DNA of 52,464 bases. Source: Parcubacteria group bacterium. GTDB lineage: Bacteria > Patescibacteriota > Minisyncoccia > Moranbacterales > UBA2206. This document shows, piece by piece, positions 15,212 through 24,137 of this stretch. The notes under the pieces were generated by a model. That model worked only from the letters and a program-made list of their open reading frames with translations. It was not told the origin of the DNA and did not search any database. Every line of letters starts with the position of its first letter. The first letter of the stretch is position 1. Both the position numbers and the translations under genes were made by a program. Where the stretch lies: positions 1 through 52,464 of the forward strand of contig JBAZSS010000004.1 of the NCBI GenBank assembly GCA_041662285.1, written 5' to 3'.

Positions 15212-17197
15212 TTATCTTATCTGTAATTTCCTAAGTTCCCCTATCTCATCCCGAATAATGGCGGCTTTTTCAAATTCCAGGTTTCTCGCAGAATCTTTCA
15301 TTTCTTTTTCACGCTGTTTAATATAGCCAGCGATGTCTTCCAAGTTTTCCAAATTAATAAATTCTTTGGGAATTTCCGATTTAATTTCGTGATCGACAAT
15401 GGATTCAATTTTCTTTTGAATAGTTTTGGGCGTGATGTGATGTTTTTTATTATACGCTGTTTGCAATTTTCTTCGCCGATTAGTTTCGTCGATGGCGCGT
15501 TTCATTGAGCCGGTTAGATTGTCGGCGTAGAGAATAACTTTCCCTCGCACATTTCGCGCGGCGCGACCAATTGTTTGAATAAGCGAAGTTTCACTGCGCA
15601 AAAACCCTTCTTTGTCCGCGTCAAAAATCGCCACGAGCGACACTTCCGGCAAATCCAAACCTTCTCGAAGAAGATTGACACCAACAAGAACATCAATGTC
15701 ACCTCGACGAAGTTTTTCTAAAATTCTAATGCGATCAAGTGTATCCACCCCGCTGTGCAGATATTCCGATTTAATTTGCGATTCTTTCAAAAATTCTGCC
15801 AAATCTTCCGCTTGTTTTTTGGTCAGAGCCGTGATAAGCACTCGCTCTTTGCGCGCCACTATCTTTTCAATCTCACCCATCACATCTTTCACTTGCCCCC
15901 GCGCGGATTTGATTTCAATCTCCGGATCAATTAGTCCTGTTGGACGGATAATTTGTTCGGCTATGTCTTTGGAATTTTCTTGCTCATATTTCCCCGGCGT
16001 CGCCGAAGTAAAAATAATTTGATTGATTTTTTTTTCAAATTCTTGAAATTTCAGCGGTCGATTGTCGTAGGCGCTCGGAAGTCTAAAGCCATTTTCCACT
16101 AGTGATGTTTTTCTGGAATAATCTCCGCTAAACATTCCGCCTAGTTGTGGAATGGTCACATGCGATTCATCTACCACCAAAAGAAAATCCTTTGGAAAAT
16201 AATCCATCAGAGTATATGGCGCTTCGCCGGCACGCCGTCCGGAAAGATAGCGTGAATAATTTTCAATGCCGTTGCAATATCCAATTTCTTTCATCATTTC
16301 AATGTCTTGCCTAGTTCGACGTGACAATCTTTCAGCTTCTAGAAGTTTCCCATTCTTTTTTAGATATTTTAAACGTTCTTCCAATTCTTTTTGAATTTCC
16401 TCTAGCGATTCTTCCATCACGGGCTCCGGCACCACAAAATGTTTAGCTGGATAAATGACAGCTCGTTCCAATTTTCCCAATTCTTCGCCGGTTAGAAAAT
16501 CATATTCAGAAATTTTTCTGATGGAATTATCTTCTAAAATTATTCGCGTAATCACTTCTCGTCCTGGGGTGATTACTTCCAAAGTGTTGCCCGTGAGACG
16601 AAATTTTCCTCTTGCCAAAATATCCGACCTGACATATTGCATATCAATTAATTTTCGGATTATTTCATCCCTACTAGATAGAGAAGCAAAATTTTGCGTC
16701 TCTACGGGCGCACCCACCACCAATTCCAAAGTTATATCCCGATAATATTCCGGACTCCCCAATCCATAGATACAAGAAACTGACGCGCAAATAATTACGT
16801 CAGGTCGAGAAAGCAAGGCCGCTGTGGCGGCATGACGCAAGCGATCGATTTCATCATTGATCTGCGATTCTTTTTCAATATAGGTATCGCTCGAAGCAAT
16901 GTAGGCTTCCGGTTGATAATAATCATAGTAACTGACAAAATATTCCACTGCATTTTTCGGAAAAAAAGTGCGAAACTCCTGTGCCAACTGCGCCGCCAAA
17001 GTTTTATTGGGGGCAATGACCAAGGTCGGTCTTTGCACTTTTTCAATCACATTGGCAATAGTAAAAGTCTTCCCCGACCCCGTCACACCCAAAAGCGTCT
17101 GGAACTTTTTCCCAGTTTCTAATCCCGCCACTAATTTACTAATTGCCTGTGGCTGATCCCCTTCGGGTTTGAATTTTGAATTAATCTTAAATTTCAT
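15212..17197 (-). CDS. uvrB: excinuclease ABC subunit B
   Basis: Conserved UvrB begins at MKFKINSKFKPEGDQPQAISKLV...GVTGSGKTF (ATG at 17197, GAGGGA about 10 nt upstream). Helicase motifs DESH and QTIGRAARN, and a C-terminal UVR motif. The 88 extra N-terminal residues of the 749-aa ORF read through intergenic repeats. Confidence 0.95.
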   Translation of the reverse strand: MKFKINSKFKPEGDQPQAISKLVAGLETGKKFQTLLGVTGSGKTFTIANVIEKVQRPTLVIAPNKTLAAQLAQEFRTFFPKNAVEYFVSYYDYYQPEAYIASSDTYIEKESQINDEIDRLRHAATAALLSRPDVIICASVSCIYGLGSPEYYRDITLELVVGAPVETQNFASLSSRDEIIRKLIDMQYVRSDILARGKFRLTGNTLEVITPGREVITRIILEDNSIRKISEYDFLTGEELGKLERAVIYPAKHFVVPEPVMEESLEEIQKELEERLKYLKKNGKLLEAERLSRRTRQDIEMMKEIGYCNGIENYSRYLSGRRAGEAPYTLMDYFPKDFLLVVDESHVTIPQLGGMFSGDYSRKTSLVENGFRLPSAYDNRPLKFQEFEKKINQIIFTSATPGKYEQENSKDIAEQIIRPTGLIDPEIEIKSARGQVKDVMGEIEKIVARKERVLITALTKKQAEDLAEFLKESQIKSEYLHSGVDTLDRIRILEKLRRGDIDVLVGVNLLREGLDLPEVSLVAIFDADKEGFLRSETSLIQTIGRAARNVRGKVILYADNLTGSMKRAIDETNRRRKLQTAYNKKHHITPKTIQKKIESIVDHEIKSEIPKEFINLENLEDIAGYIKQREKEMKDSARNLEFEKAAIIRDEIGELRKLQIR

Positions 17198-17382
17198 AAC
17201 TCTATCTTCCCTCAATTTCAAAATTTTGTCTAATTTATGATTATCCGCTATAATTAAACTGTTATGAAAAAGACTAAAGGGGAAAAACGGGAAAAGAAGA
17301 AAAAGCCGAAAATGCGAGTTTCCGGTAAAAGTGTGTTTAAAATAAAGGAAATTAAAGACAGAGGTTAAAAAATTCGTAGATT

Positions 17383-17402
17383 CCTGCCTACCGGCAGGCA
17401 GG
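17383..17402. repeat. GC-rich 20-mer palindrome CCTGCCTACCGGCAGGCAGG
   Basis: Exact reverse complement of 41293..41312. Lies in the uvrB / DUF360 divergent intergenic region, followed by ATTCGCA words. Confidence 0.8.
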
Positions 17403-17464
17403 CGCATGCATTCGCATATTCGCATCGCGACATTGACTAATAATTTAACTTTTGCTATCATAAT

Positions 17465-17824
17465 ATGAAGTTAGTTGCCAAATTAATAATCAGAATCCTA
17501 GCTAACAGCGCCGCTATTTGGGTGGCCAGCTATTTTATCGACGGTTTTTCCTTTAGTGGAAATTCCCGTGATTGGATTTTGGCAGGACTAGTTTTGGCCA
17601 TTCTGAATTCATTAGTTCGACCAATTCTAAAGCTCCTGACCTGTCCCGTAATTATTCTCACTCTCGGACTCTTCTCGGTTTTCATAAACATTTTCGTTTT
17701 GTTTTTAGCCGAAAGAATCCTGCCTAATCTCAGAATCGATGGGCTGTGGCCAGCGTTTTGGGGCGTAATCGTAATTAGTCTCGTAAATTATATAATCCTA
17801 TCAATTTTTGATAATAAAGAATAA
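17465..17824 (+). CDS. DUF360 / phage-holin-4_2 family small membrane protein
   Basis: 119-aa ORF with four hydrophobic helices. LNSLVRPILKLLTCPVIILTLGLFSVFINIFVLFLAE is typical of the family. Confidence 0.6.
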   Translation: MKLVAKLIIRILANSAAIWVASYFIDGFSFSGNSRDWILAGLVLAILNSLVRPILKLLTCPVIILTLGLFSVFINIFVLFLAERILPNLRIDGLWPAFWGVIVISLVNYIILSIFDNKE

Positions 17825-17828
17825 TAAT

Positions 17829-18050
17829 ATGTTAAGAATCATAAACATTTCAGAGATAGTTGTTTCCGTACTGCTCATAATCTCCATTCTTTTGCAAAAT
17901 CGCGGAGCGGGACTGGGCGGAACATTTGGTGGAAGTTTTGGCGGTTATCATACTAAAAGAGGTTTTGAAAAATTTTTAATGGCTTTCTCTGTAATACTAT
18001 CGTGCCTATTTATCGTTCTCGCCCTCTTAAATCTAATTGTGGCGAAATAA
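17829..18050 (+). CDS. secG: preprotein translocase subunit SecG
   Basis: Two TM helices flank a Gly-rich LLQNRGAGLGGTFGGSFGG loop. The start is taken at the second Met of the 80-aa ORF. Confidence 0.7.
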   Translation: MLRIINISEIVVSVLLIISILLQNRGAGLGGTFGGSFGGYHTKRGFEKFLMAFSVILSCLFIVLALLNLIVAK

Positions 18051-18114
18051 TAATATTTAACTTAAAGTAAAATATATTAGTAACTTTACGGATAGAAAAA
18101 ATAAATGGCCAAAA

Positions 18115-19788
18115 ATGTCGCAGTGGCCAAAAATAGTGAAAATCTTGAGTTTCAAAGAAAAACTCCTTTTTTATTCTCTTTTGCTTCTTTTTATTGGCTC
18201 AGTCGTAAGTTCAGGAATTATTTTTTATTATTCCCAAACTAAACCTATTCCGACTTATGGCGGAGAATATATTGAAGGTATTGTTGGCCAACCACTCTAC
18301 ATCAATCCTCTTCTCTCTCCTTCCAATGAAACTGACGCCGATTTGGTGCAATTAGTGTATTCTTCTCTTTTTAAATATGACGGAACAGGAAAAGCTGTGC
18401 CAGACTTGGCAGAAAATTATGATTTAAGCGAAGATAAGCTGACCTACACCGTCCACCTTCGAAAAAATGTCCGCTGGCATGACAATGAGCCGTTCAATGC
18501 TGATGATGTAATTTTCACAATTAACCTAATTTCCAATCCTGCCTACAAAAGTCCTTTACGTGGCAGTTGGCAAGGCATTGAGACAAATCTCATTGACGAT
18601 TCAACTATTGAATTTAAAATAAAAACTCCTTATGTTGGATTTCTAAATGATCTTACTTTTGGAATTTTGCCCAAACATCTTTGGGAATCAACTGCGCCGG
18701 AAAATTTCAGTTTGAGTTCTTTGAATCTAAAACCAATCGGCACCGGACCATACAAATATAGCGCTATTCAAAAAGATTCCAATGACAATATTCTTTCCTA
18801 TAAACTCATCTCCAATCCGGACTATTTCACCTCTCGACCTTTCATTTCCAAGATGACTTTCAATTTCTATCTTGATGAAGAATCAGCCGTAGATGCCTTG
18901 AATCGCAAAGAAATTATGGGCATCAGCGTTGTATCTTCAGAAAATCTCAAAAACATAAAGAATCAAAAAACGGTGGCTATTCACAAAGCTGAAATTCCGC
19001 GCTATTTCGCCATCTTTTTCAATCAAACTAAAAGTGTTCCGCTAGCCAACGATGAAGTGCGAGAAGCACTAAGTTATGCCACCGATCGGCGTGAAATCGT
19101 AGAAAAAGTCCTAGGCGGTGAAGGCAAGGAAGTTTATTCCCCCTTTCTTTCCTATATGATTGGCTATTCGACCGATGCCAATGAGCCAAGCTTTGACGCA
19201 GAAAAAGCCAACAAAATTCTAGATGACAAAGGCTGGAAAAGAGAAGATGATGGAATAAGAAAAAAAGATGACGCTCGATTGGAAATTAATTTAGTCACCA
19301 CTGATTGGGAGGAACTCACAAAGACCGCAGAAATTTTGAAAGCACAATGGGAAAAAGCTGGCATCAAAGTCAACATCACTCCGTTCACAATTTCTGATAT
19401 TCAAGAAAATTATATCCGACCACGCGAATACGAAGCCTTGCTTTTTGGCCAAGTTATCGGCGCTGATCCTGACCCCTACTATTTCTGGCATTCCGATAAC
19501 AAAAAAGACCCAGGACTCAATCTTTCTCTTTTTGGTAATAGCGATTCAGATAAACTAATTGACGAAGGAAGAGAAGAATTTAACCCAGAAAAAAGAGCCG
19601 AGAAATATATTGATTTTCAAAAAATTATTGCCAAAGAAATTCCCGCTATTTTCCTCTATAGCCCGAATTATATCTATCCAGTTAATGGGCGTGTCCAAGG
19701 CACAAACATCCAAACTCTCATCTCCCCTTCCAACCGCTTCAGTGAAGCTAATTCGTGGTTCATTAAAACAAAAAGAGTAAAAAAGTAA
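18115..19788 (+). CDS. ABC transporter substrate-binding protein, family 5 (peptide/nickel type), membrane anchored; no permease or ATPase genes adjacent
   Basis: 557-aa ORF. N-terminal TM anchor, then family-5 SBP-like sequence (LVYSSLFKYD..., PIGTGPYKY, DPDPYYFWHS). Confidence 0.8.
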   Translation: MSQWPKIVKILSFKEKLLFYSLLLLFIGSVVSSGIIFYYSQTKPIPTYGGEYIEGIVGQPLYINPLLSPSNETDADLVQLVYSSLFKYDGTGKAVPDLAENYDLSEDKLTYTVHLRKNVRWHDNEPFNADDVIFTINLISNPAYKSPLRGSWQGIETNLIDDSTIEFKIKTPYVGFLNDLTFGILPKHLWESTAPENFSLSSLNLKPIGTGPYKYSAIQKDSNDNILSYKLISNPDYFTSRPFISKMTFNFYLDEESAVDALNRKEIMGISVVSSENLKNIKNQKTVAIHKAEIPRYFAIFFNQTKSVPLANDEVREALSYATDRREIVEKVLGGEGKEVYSPFLSYMIGYSTDANEPSFDAEKANKILDDKGWKREDDGIRKKDDARLEINLVTTDWEELTKTAEILKAQWEKAGIKVNITPFTISDIQENYIRPREYEALLFGQVIGADPDPYYFWHSDNKKDPGLNLSLFGNSDSDKLIDEGREEFNPEKRAEKYIDFQKIIAKEIPAIFLYSPNYIYPVNGRVQGTNIQTLISPSNRFSEANSWFIKTKRVKK

Positions 19789-19796
19789 TTTATAAA

Positions 19797-19908
19797 CCTT
19801 ACGAATTACGAATTCTTACGAATGTACTAATGTGAGTTAAAAATAATTTTTATATTTTATTAAATTATTCGTATTTCGTACATTCGTATTGATTCGTAAT
19901 TCGTAAGG
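19797..19908. repeat. F1 long hairpin repeat (CCTTACGAATTACGAAT ... ATTCGTAATTCGTAAGG)
   Basis: About 112 nt and about 85 percent identical to 50228..50340. Arms pair over about 28 bp. The right end overlaps the SD (AAGGAG) of the PGI gene. Confidence 0.85.
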
Positions 19909-19923
19909 AGAAACAAAAAATTT

Positions 19924-20532
19924 ATGAATATTGATTTTGGCTTCGTGCCTAAGCACTATGCTTCTCGAGAGCATGAAAAAATGAAAGATGTCCTAATGGA
20001 TCCTAGTGGGGTTGGACCAGCTATCCACTATTATATGATTCGTGGTGGGGTGGACCAGAAAAATATTACTGTTTGGGAACCAGGAACCGTTTCGGGAGAA
20101 TACATCAAAACTTACGGTCACTATCATGTCGGCCAATTGGATGAAAATTATAACATTCTTTTTGGTGAGGGCATTGCCCTTTTGCAAAAATTATCCATAG
20201 ACGAAAATGGTGAAATGATGGCTGACCGAGTAGAAGAATTCCAAGCGATTATTACTAAACCAGGAGACAAAATATATATGGCGCCGGGATATGGCCATCT
20301 TCTAGTCAATACTGGCTCAACTTATTTTGTCACACTGGACGACAGCCCAGTGGATTTTGAGGAACGCGACCCAGCTAGTTTTCCAGGACACGCCGACTAC
20401 AAACTCGTCCAACAAATGCGAGGCTTCGCCTACTATGTTATTGAACATAATGGCAAACCAGCTCTTAAAAGAAATCCTAACTACACAGAAATTCTCAAAG
20501 AAGATTTAGGTGGATTGGAAGTTGTTGAATAA
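19924..20532 (+). CDS. cupin-type (archaeal-type) glucose-6-phosphate isomerase
   Basis: 202-aa ORF. Metal-site motifs TYGHYH...E and PGYGHLLVNTG, and a C-terminal YVIEHNGKPALKRNPNY, resemble Pyrococcus-type cPGI. SD AAGGAG lies 14 nt upstream. Confidence 0.7.
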   Translation: MNIDFGFVPKHYASREHEKMKDVLMDPSGVGPAIHYYMIRGGVDQKNITVWEPGTVSGEYIKTYGHYHVGQLDENYNILFGEGIALLQKLSIDENGEMMADRVEEFQAIITKPGDKIYMAPGYGHLLVNTGSTYFVTLDDSPVDFEERDPASFPGHADYKLVQQMRGFAYYVIEHNGKPALKRNPNYTEILKEDLGGLEVVE

Positions 20533-20541
20533 TTAGAAGAA

Positions 20542-21618
20542 TTATAAATATTTCTTGTCTTTATTTTTCTTAAGCTCATCAACTATTTTTTTCACATCTT
20601 GTGCTCTGTTTTTTGGACAAATCAACAGAGCATCGTCAGTGTCGACAACTAGAATATTATCCAAACCGATAACAGCAATCAGTTTATTTTTGTTGCCTTT
20701 GATAAAAGAATTTTTGGTGTCCACTGCTATTGCATTGCCATCGATATAATTTTTTTTCTCTTCAGAGAGAAATTCATCGATCACTCCCCAAGTTCCCATA
20801 TCTGTCCATTCGAAAGGATTGATGATGATATAGCTTTGATTGAAAATATGCTTGGTCACATCTTCAGTTGTTCCCGCTTCCATTTTTGAATAAATTTTTT
20901 CTATCTCCTGCGCTTCTTTTTGTTTTCCCAAAACAGCTTTGATTTTCATAAGACTCTTATGCCACTCCGGTTTATATTTCTTATAAGCTTCCAGCATCAA
21001 ATCCGGATACCAGCAATAATGATTGGAATGAGTGGCAATTCTAAAATCACCAATTAGTTTTCTCGTTTCTTCCACAGTGCCAAGACGAGGCACAAACTTT
21101 TCAATTTTGAAAATATCCGCCTTTTTTTGACTTTTGAGAATTTCTCCCAGCATAAGGTAATCAATACCCATATCCGGATAGAGTGCTTTTTGTCCTCCTG
21201 TCACTAGCTTCTTTTCCTTTTTCACTAGATCTTCGGCTATTTTGGTCATTTCAATGAATTTCACATCGGGTTTTCGCAAACAATCTGCTTGAACAATCAT
21301 AAATGGTTCTTTGGGATATTTGTGAGCCACTTTGACAATTGCCAATCCCACAGCCGGACCGGTGTTTATAGCAATGTCAGGTTCTACGATAATATTTTCT
21401 AATGGAATCTCCGGCGCATCCTCCACTACATATTTCACATATCTTCTTTTAGTCGCCACAAAAATATCTTGCGCCCCATATTTCTTAAGAAGCGATTCGA
21501 CATTTTGCCGAAAAAGAGTAGTGTCGCCGATAATCGGCTGGAATTGTTTAGGTTTGTCTTCTCGGCTCATTGGCCAAAGTTTAGTCCCCTGCCCTCCGGC
21601 GAAAATTATAAATTTCAT
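20542..21618 (-). CDS. mannose-1-phosphate guanylyltransferase-like sugar nucleotidyltransferase
   Basis: 358-aa ORF. N-terminal FAGGQGTKLWPMSREDKPKQF NTP-transferase motif. Confidence 0.8.
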   Translation of the reverse strand: MKFIIFAGGQGTKLWPMSREDKPKQFQPIIGDTTLFRQNVESLLKKYGAQDIFVATKRRYVKYVVEDAPEIPLENIIVEPDIAINTGPAVGLAIVKVAHKYPKEPFMIVQADCLRKPDVKFIEMTKIAEDLVKKEKKLVTGGQKALYPDMGIDYLMLGEILKSQKKADIFKIEKFVPRLGTVEETRKLIGDFRIATHSNHYCWYPDLMLEAYKKYKPEWHKSLMKIKAVLGKQKEAQEIEKIYSKMEAGTTEDVTKHIFNQSYIIINPFEWTDMGTWGVIDEFLSEEKKNYIDGNAIAVDTKNSFIKGNKNKLIAVIGLDNILVVDTDDALLICPKNRAQDVKKIVDELKKNKDKKYL

Positions 21619-21739
21619 AAAAAATATTTAATAATTATTTTATACCTTCCTATTATACCAAACCAAGAAAAATATGCCAGACTCGAAACTGAAAAAAGCC
21701 TAATCTAAGCCAAAATAGAAGCTTTTGGCAAAATTCCGC

Positions 21740-21767
21740 TTGACAAAAATCTAGTTTAGAGTATAAT
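21740..21767 (+). promoter_or_regulatory. consensus sigma70-type promoter (TTGACA-16 nt-TATAAT)
   Basis: Both hexamers are perfect. The next + strand gene is rnj, about 330 nt downstream, with repeat copy B in between. Confidence 0.6.
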
Positions 21768-21898
21768 AGTATGATAATATAAACTTGCTTTAGAATTTCT
21801 TTTCTATATTTCTTGATAACTTGCATCCTAAAACTTTTAACGAGAAAATATTTTTCAGCCTTTTTTTAGATTTCTAAAACTTTATTTTATCATATTAA

Positions 21899-22038
21899 GA
21901 CTTACGTATTTTCCTGAAAATCTATTTACATAGCCAGTGCAATGGCAGGATTGCAACTACGTAACTTCTATCTATAATCTTAGTTTTGTTTTTTTGTAAT
22001 TTCAGCGAACAATAGATTTGAAGGGAAATGCGTAAGTC
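21899..22038. repeat. GACTTACG-family long palindromic element, copy B (~140 nt)
   Basis: Same order and orientation on the + strand as copy A. Ends 58 nt upstream of the rnj ATG, downstream of a consensus promoter. Confidence 0.8.
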
Positions 22039-22096
22039 ATTATTTTATCATTTTAATCATTAATTAATTAAGCTCATTTTAAAATGAGCAAACTAT

Positions 22097-23890
22097 TTGA
22101 ACTTTATGTTTAACAAATCATTTGGCCAAACAACTTCTGTTGTGAAACCAAAACAAACCGTCGCGAGACCGAAAACTTTCGCGACAAAAAAAACAACTCC
22201 GCAAAGGAGTTTCGCCCAAAACGGCCTAAAAATAATTCCTCTCGGAGGACAAGAAGAGGTCGGGCGTAATATGACTCTTTTTGAATATGGCCAAGATATA
22301 ATCATCTTGGACATGGGACTGCAATTTCCTGAGGAAGATATGCCGGGAATCGACTATATCATTCCTAATATCAGCTATCTCAAAGGCAAAGAAAAAAGAA
22401 TTCGAGGCGTAATTTTGAGTCATGGTCATCTTGACCATATCGGCGCCGCTCCGATTTTACTTCGCAATCTTGGCTATCCAACAATTATCGGGCGTGACAT
22501 GACTCTTGCGATGGTTAAAAAGAAATTGGAGGACTTTGAAAAAGGATCCGCCCAAAATCTCAAAACTATTCGCGTCAAAGCTATCACGGACAAAATTCGC
22601 TTAGGCAGTTTCGAAATTGAATTTTTCGATGTGGAACATTCAATTATGGACGCCGTCGGAGTAATCATTAAAACTCCAGATGGCACTGTCATTCACCCGG
22701 GGGACTGGACGATGGAAAAAAGCACCGAGGGAAAAAGTCTCGTCACATATCAACATTTGTCCCGCCTCCCTAGCCCAAGAATTTTGATGCTAGAAAGTCT
22801 TGGCGCCATCGTCAAAAATCCTAGCCGAACCACCGAAGAAGAAATGTATTTCAATTTAGAAAAACTCATTAGTGAGGCTACTGGGAAAATTATCATCGGA
22901 ACTTTTTCTTCTCAGATCAAACGTATTGGACACATTTTGGAATACGCCGAAAAGATTGGCAAGAAAGTGGCCCTTGATGGATATAGCATGAAAATGAATG
23001 TCGAAATTGCCAAAGAATTAGGCTACATCAAAATGCACAAAGAAACTCTAGTGCCAATTGCCAACATCCACAATTATCCAGAAAACAAAATTATCGTCAT
23101 TTGCACCGGCGCGCAAGGCGAAGGCAATGCTGTGCTTTCAAGAATCATCACCGACAATCACCGTTTCATTAAAATCAAAAAAAATGACACTGTTATTTTT
23201 TCCTCTTCGGTTATTCCGGGGAACGAAAGAACTGTGCAAAGACTCAAAGATAACTTATACCGCAAATGCGACAATGTGATTCATGACGACATTATGGATG
23301 TGCATATCAGCGGACACTGTAGCGCCGTGGACATTCAAGAAATGCTTCGCCAAGTGCGACCAGACTTCTTTGTGCCAGTTTATGCTCATCATTATATGTT
23401 GAAAGAAGCGGAAAAACTAGCCGTGCGCATTGGCTTTCGCAAAGAAAATATTTTTGTGCTCGACAATGGTAATGTTTTGGAAGTGCAAAAAAATAATACC
23501 GCTAAAATTTTACCGAAAAAAGTTGACACCAGCTATGTGATGGTGGACGGACTCGGCGTGGGAGACGTGGGACAAGTGGTTCTGCGTGATCGCCAAGTGC
23601 TGAGCGAAGACGGAATGTTTGTGATCACTGTAATTTTGGACAGCAAAACAAAAAATGTCGTCGGCAACATTCAAATCACCTCTCGCGGTTTCATTTATGT
23701 CAAAGATAATTTTGATTTGGTCAATGAAACTAAAAATCAAGTTAAAAAAGCAATAAAAGACACTACCTCCAAAAAAACTTCTCCCGAAAAGAAATTCATC
23801 GAAAACGCCATTCGCGAAGTAGTCGGCCTCTACCTCTTCCAAAAAACCGAAAGACGGCCAATGGTTTTGCCGGTGATTATAGAAGTATAG
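22097..23890 (+). CDS. rnj: ribonuclease J
   Basis: 597-aa ORF. Metallo-beta-lactamase HGHLDHIGA, beta-CASP region and RNase J C-terminal domain. The exact start is uncertain. Confidence 0.9.
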   Translation: MNFMFNKSFGQTTSVVKPKQTVARPKTFATKKTTPQRSFAQNGLKIIPLGGQEEVGRNMTLFEYGQDIIILDMGLQFPEEDMPGIDYIIPNISYLKGKEKRIRGVILSHGHLDHIGAAPILLRNLGYPTIIGRDMTLAMVKKKLEDFEKGSAQNLKTIRVKAITDKIRLGSFEIEFFDVEHSIMDAVGVIIKTPDGTVIHPGDWTMEKSTEGKSLVTYQHLSRLPSPRILMLESLGAIVKNPSRTTEEEMYFNLEKLISEATGKIIIGTFSSQIKRIGHILEYAEKIGKKVALDGYSMKMNVEIAKELGYIKMHKETLVPIANIHNYPENKIIVICTGAQGEGNAVLSRIITDNHRFIKIKKNDTVIFSSSVIPGNERTVQRLKDNLYRKCDNVIHDDIMDVHISGHCSAVDIQEMLRQVRPDFFVPVYAHHYMLKEAEKLAVRIGFRKENIFVLDNGNVLEVQKNNTAKILPKKVDTSYVMVDGLGVGDVGQVVLRDRQVLSEDGMFVITVILDSKTKNVVGNIQITSRGFIYVKDNFDLVNETKNQVKKAIKDTTSKKTSPEKKFIENAIREVVGLYLFQKTERRPMVLPVIIEV

Positions 23891-23930
23891 GAAAAATAGT
23901 AAGTATAAAGTAGAATGTAGAAAGCAAAAA

Positions 23931-23954
23931 ACGAGCATTAGGGCTCGTTTTTTT
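23931..23954 (+). terminator. intrinsic terminator of rnj
   Basis: ACGAGC-ATTAGG-GCTCGT followed by T7, preceded by A6. Confidence 0.85.
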
Positions 23955-24137
23955 AATACGTATTATAATTCATACTCCTCGCCATTTTTCTTTTCCCAAA
24001 AACTTAGCCTTACTTTTTCTTTCCGCAAGAAAAAGTAAGAGCAAGCTTTTCTTGGCTCGAAAGAAAAAATAAAGCGAAGTGGACATATTGTGTCTTTTTT
24101 TATATACTAAACATAGGTTAAATACTATAATATTATT

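Noticed and set aside
17198-17461. An 88-codon N-terminal extension of the uvrB ORF (MIAKVKLL...MRLPAGRQEST...)
   Set aside because: It reads through intergenic repeats (the CCTGCCTACCGGCAGGCAGG palindrome and ATTCGCA words). Conserved UvrB sequence, an ATG and a GAGGGA SD begin at 17197.
17433-17464. TTGACT-17 nt-TATCAT directly abutting the ATG of the DUF360 gene, as a promoter
   Set aside because: The -10 ends only 3 nt before the ATG. Any transcript would start inside the ORF, so this is probably a chance match in AT-rich DNA.
23975-24137. A T-box riboswitch upstream of trpS
   Set aside because: I could find no T-box sequence (AATTAGGGTGGTACCGCG-like), no specifier-loop architecture and no terminator/antiterminator pair. 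The structure is a simple long palindrome.
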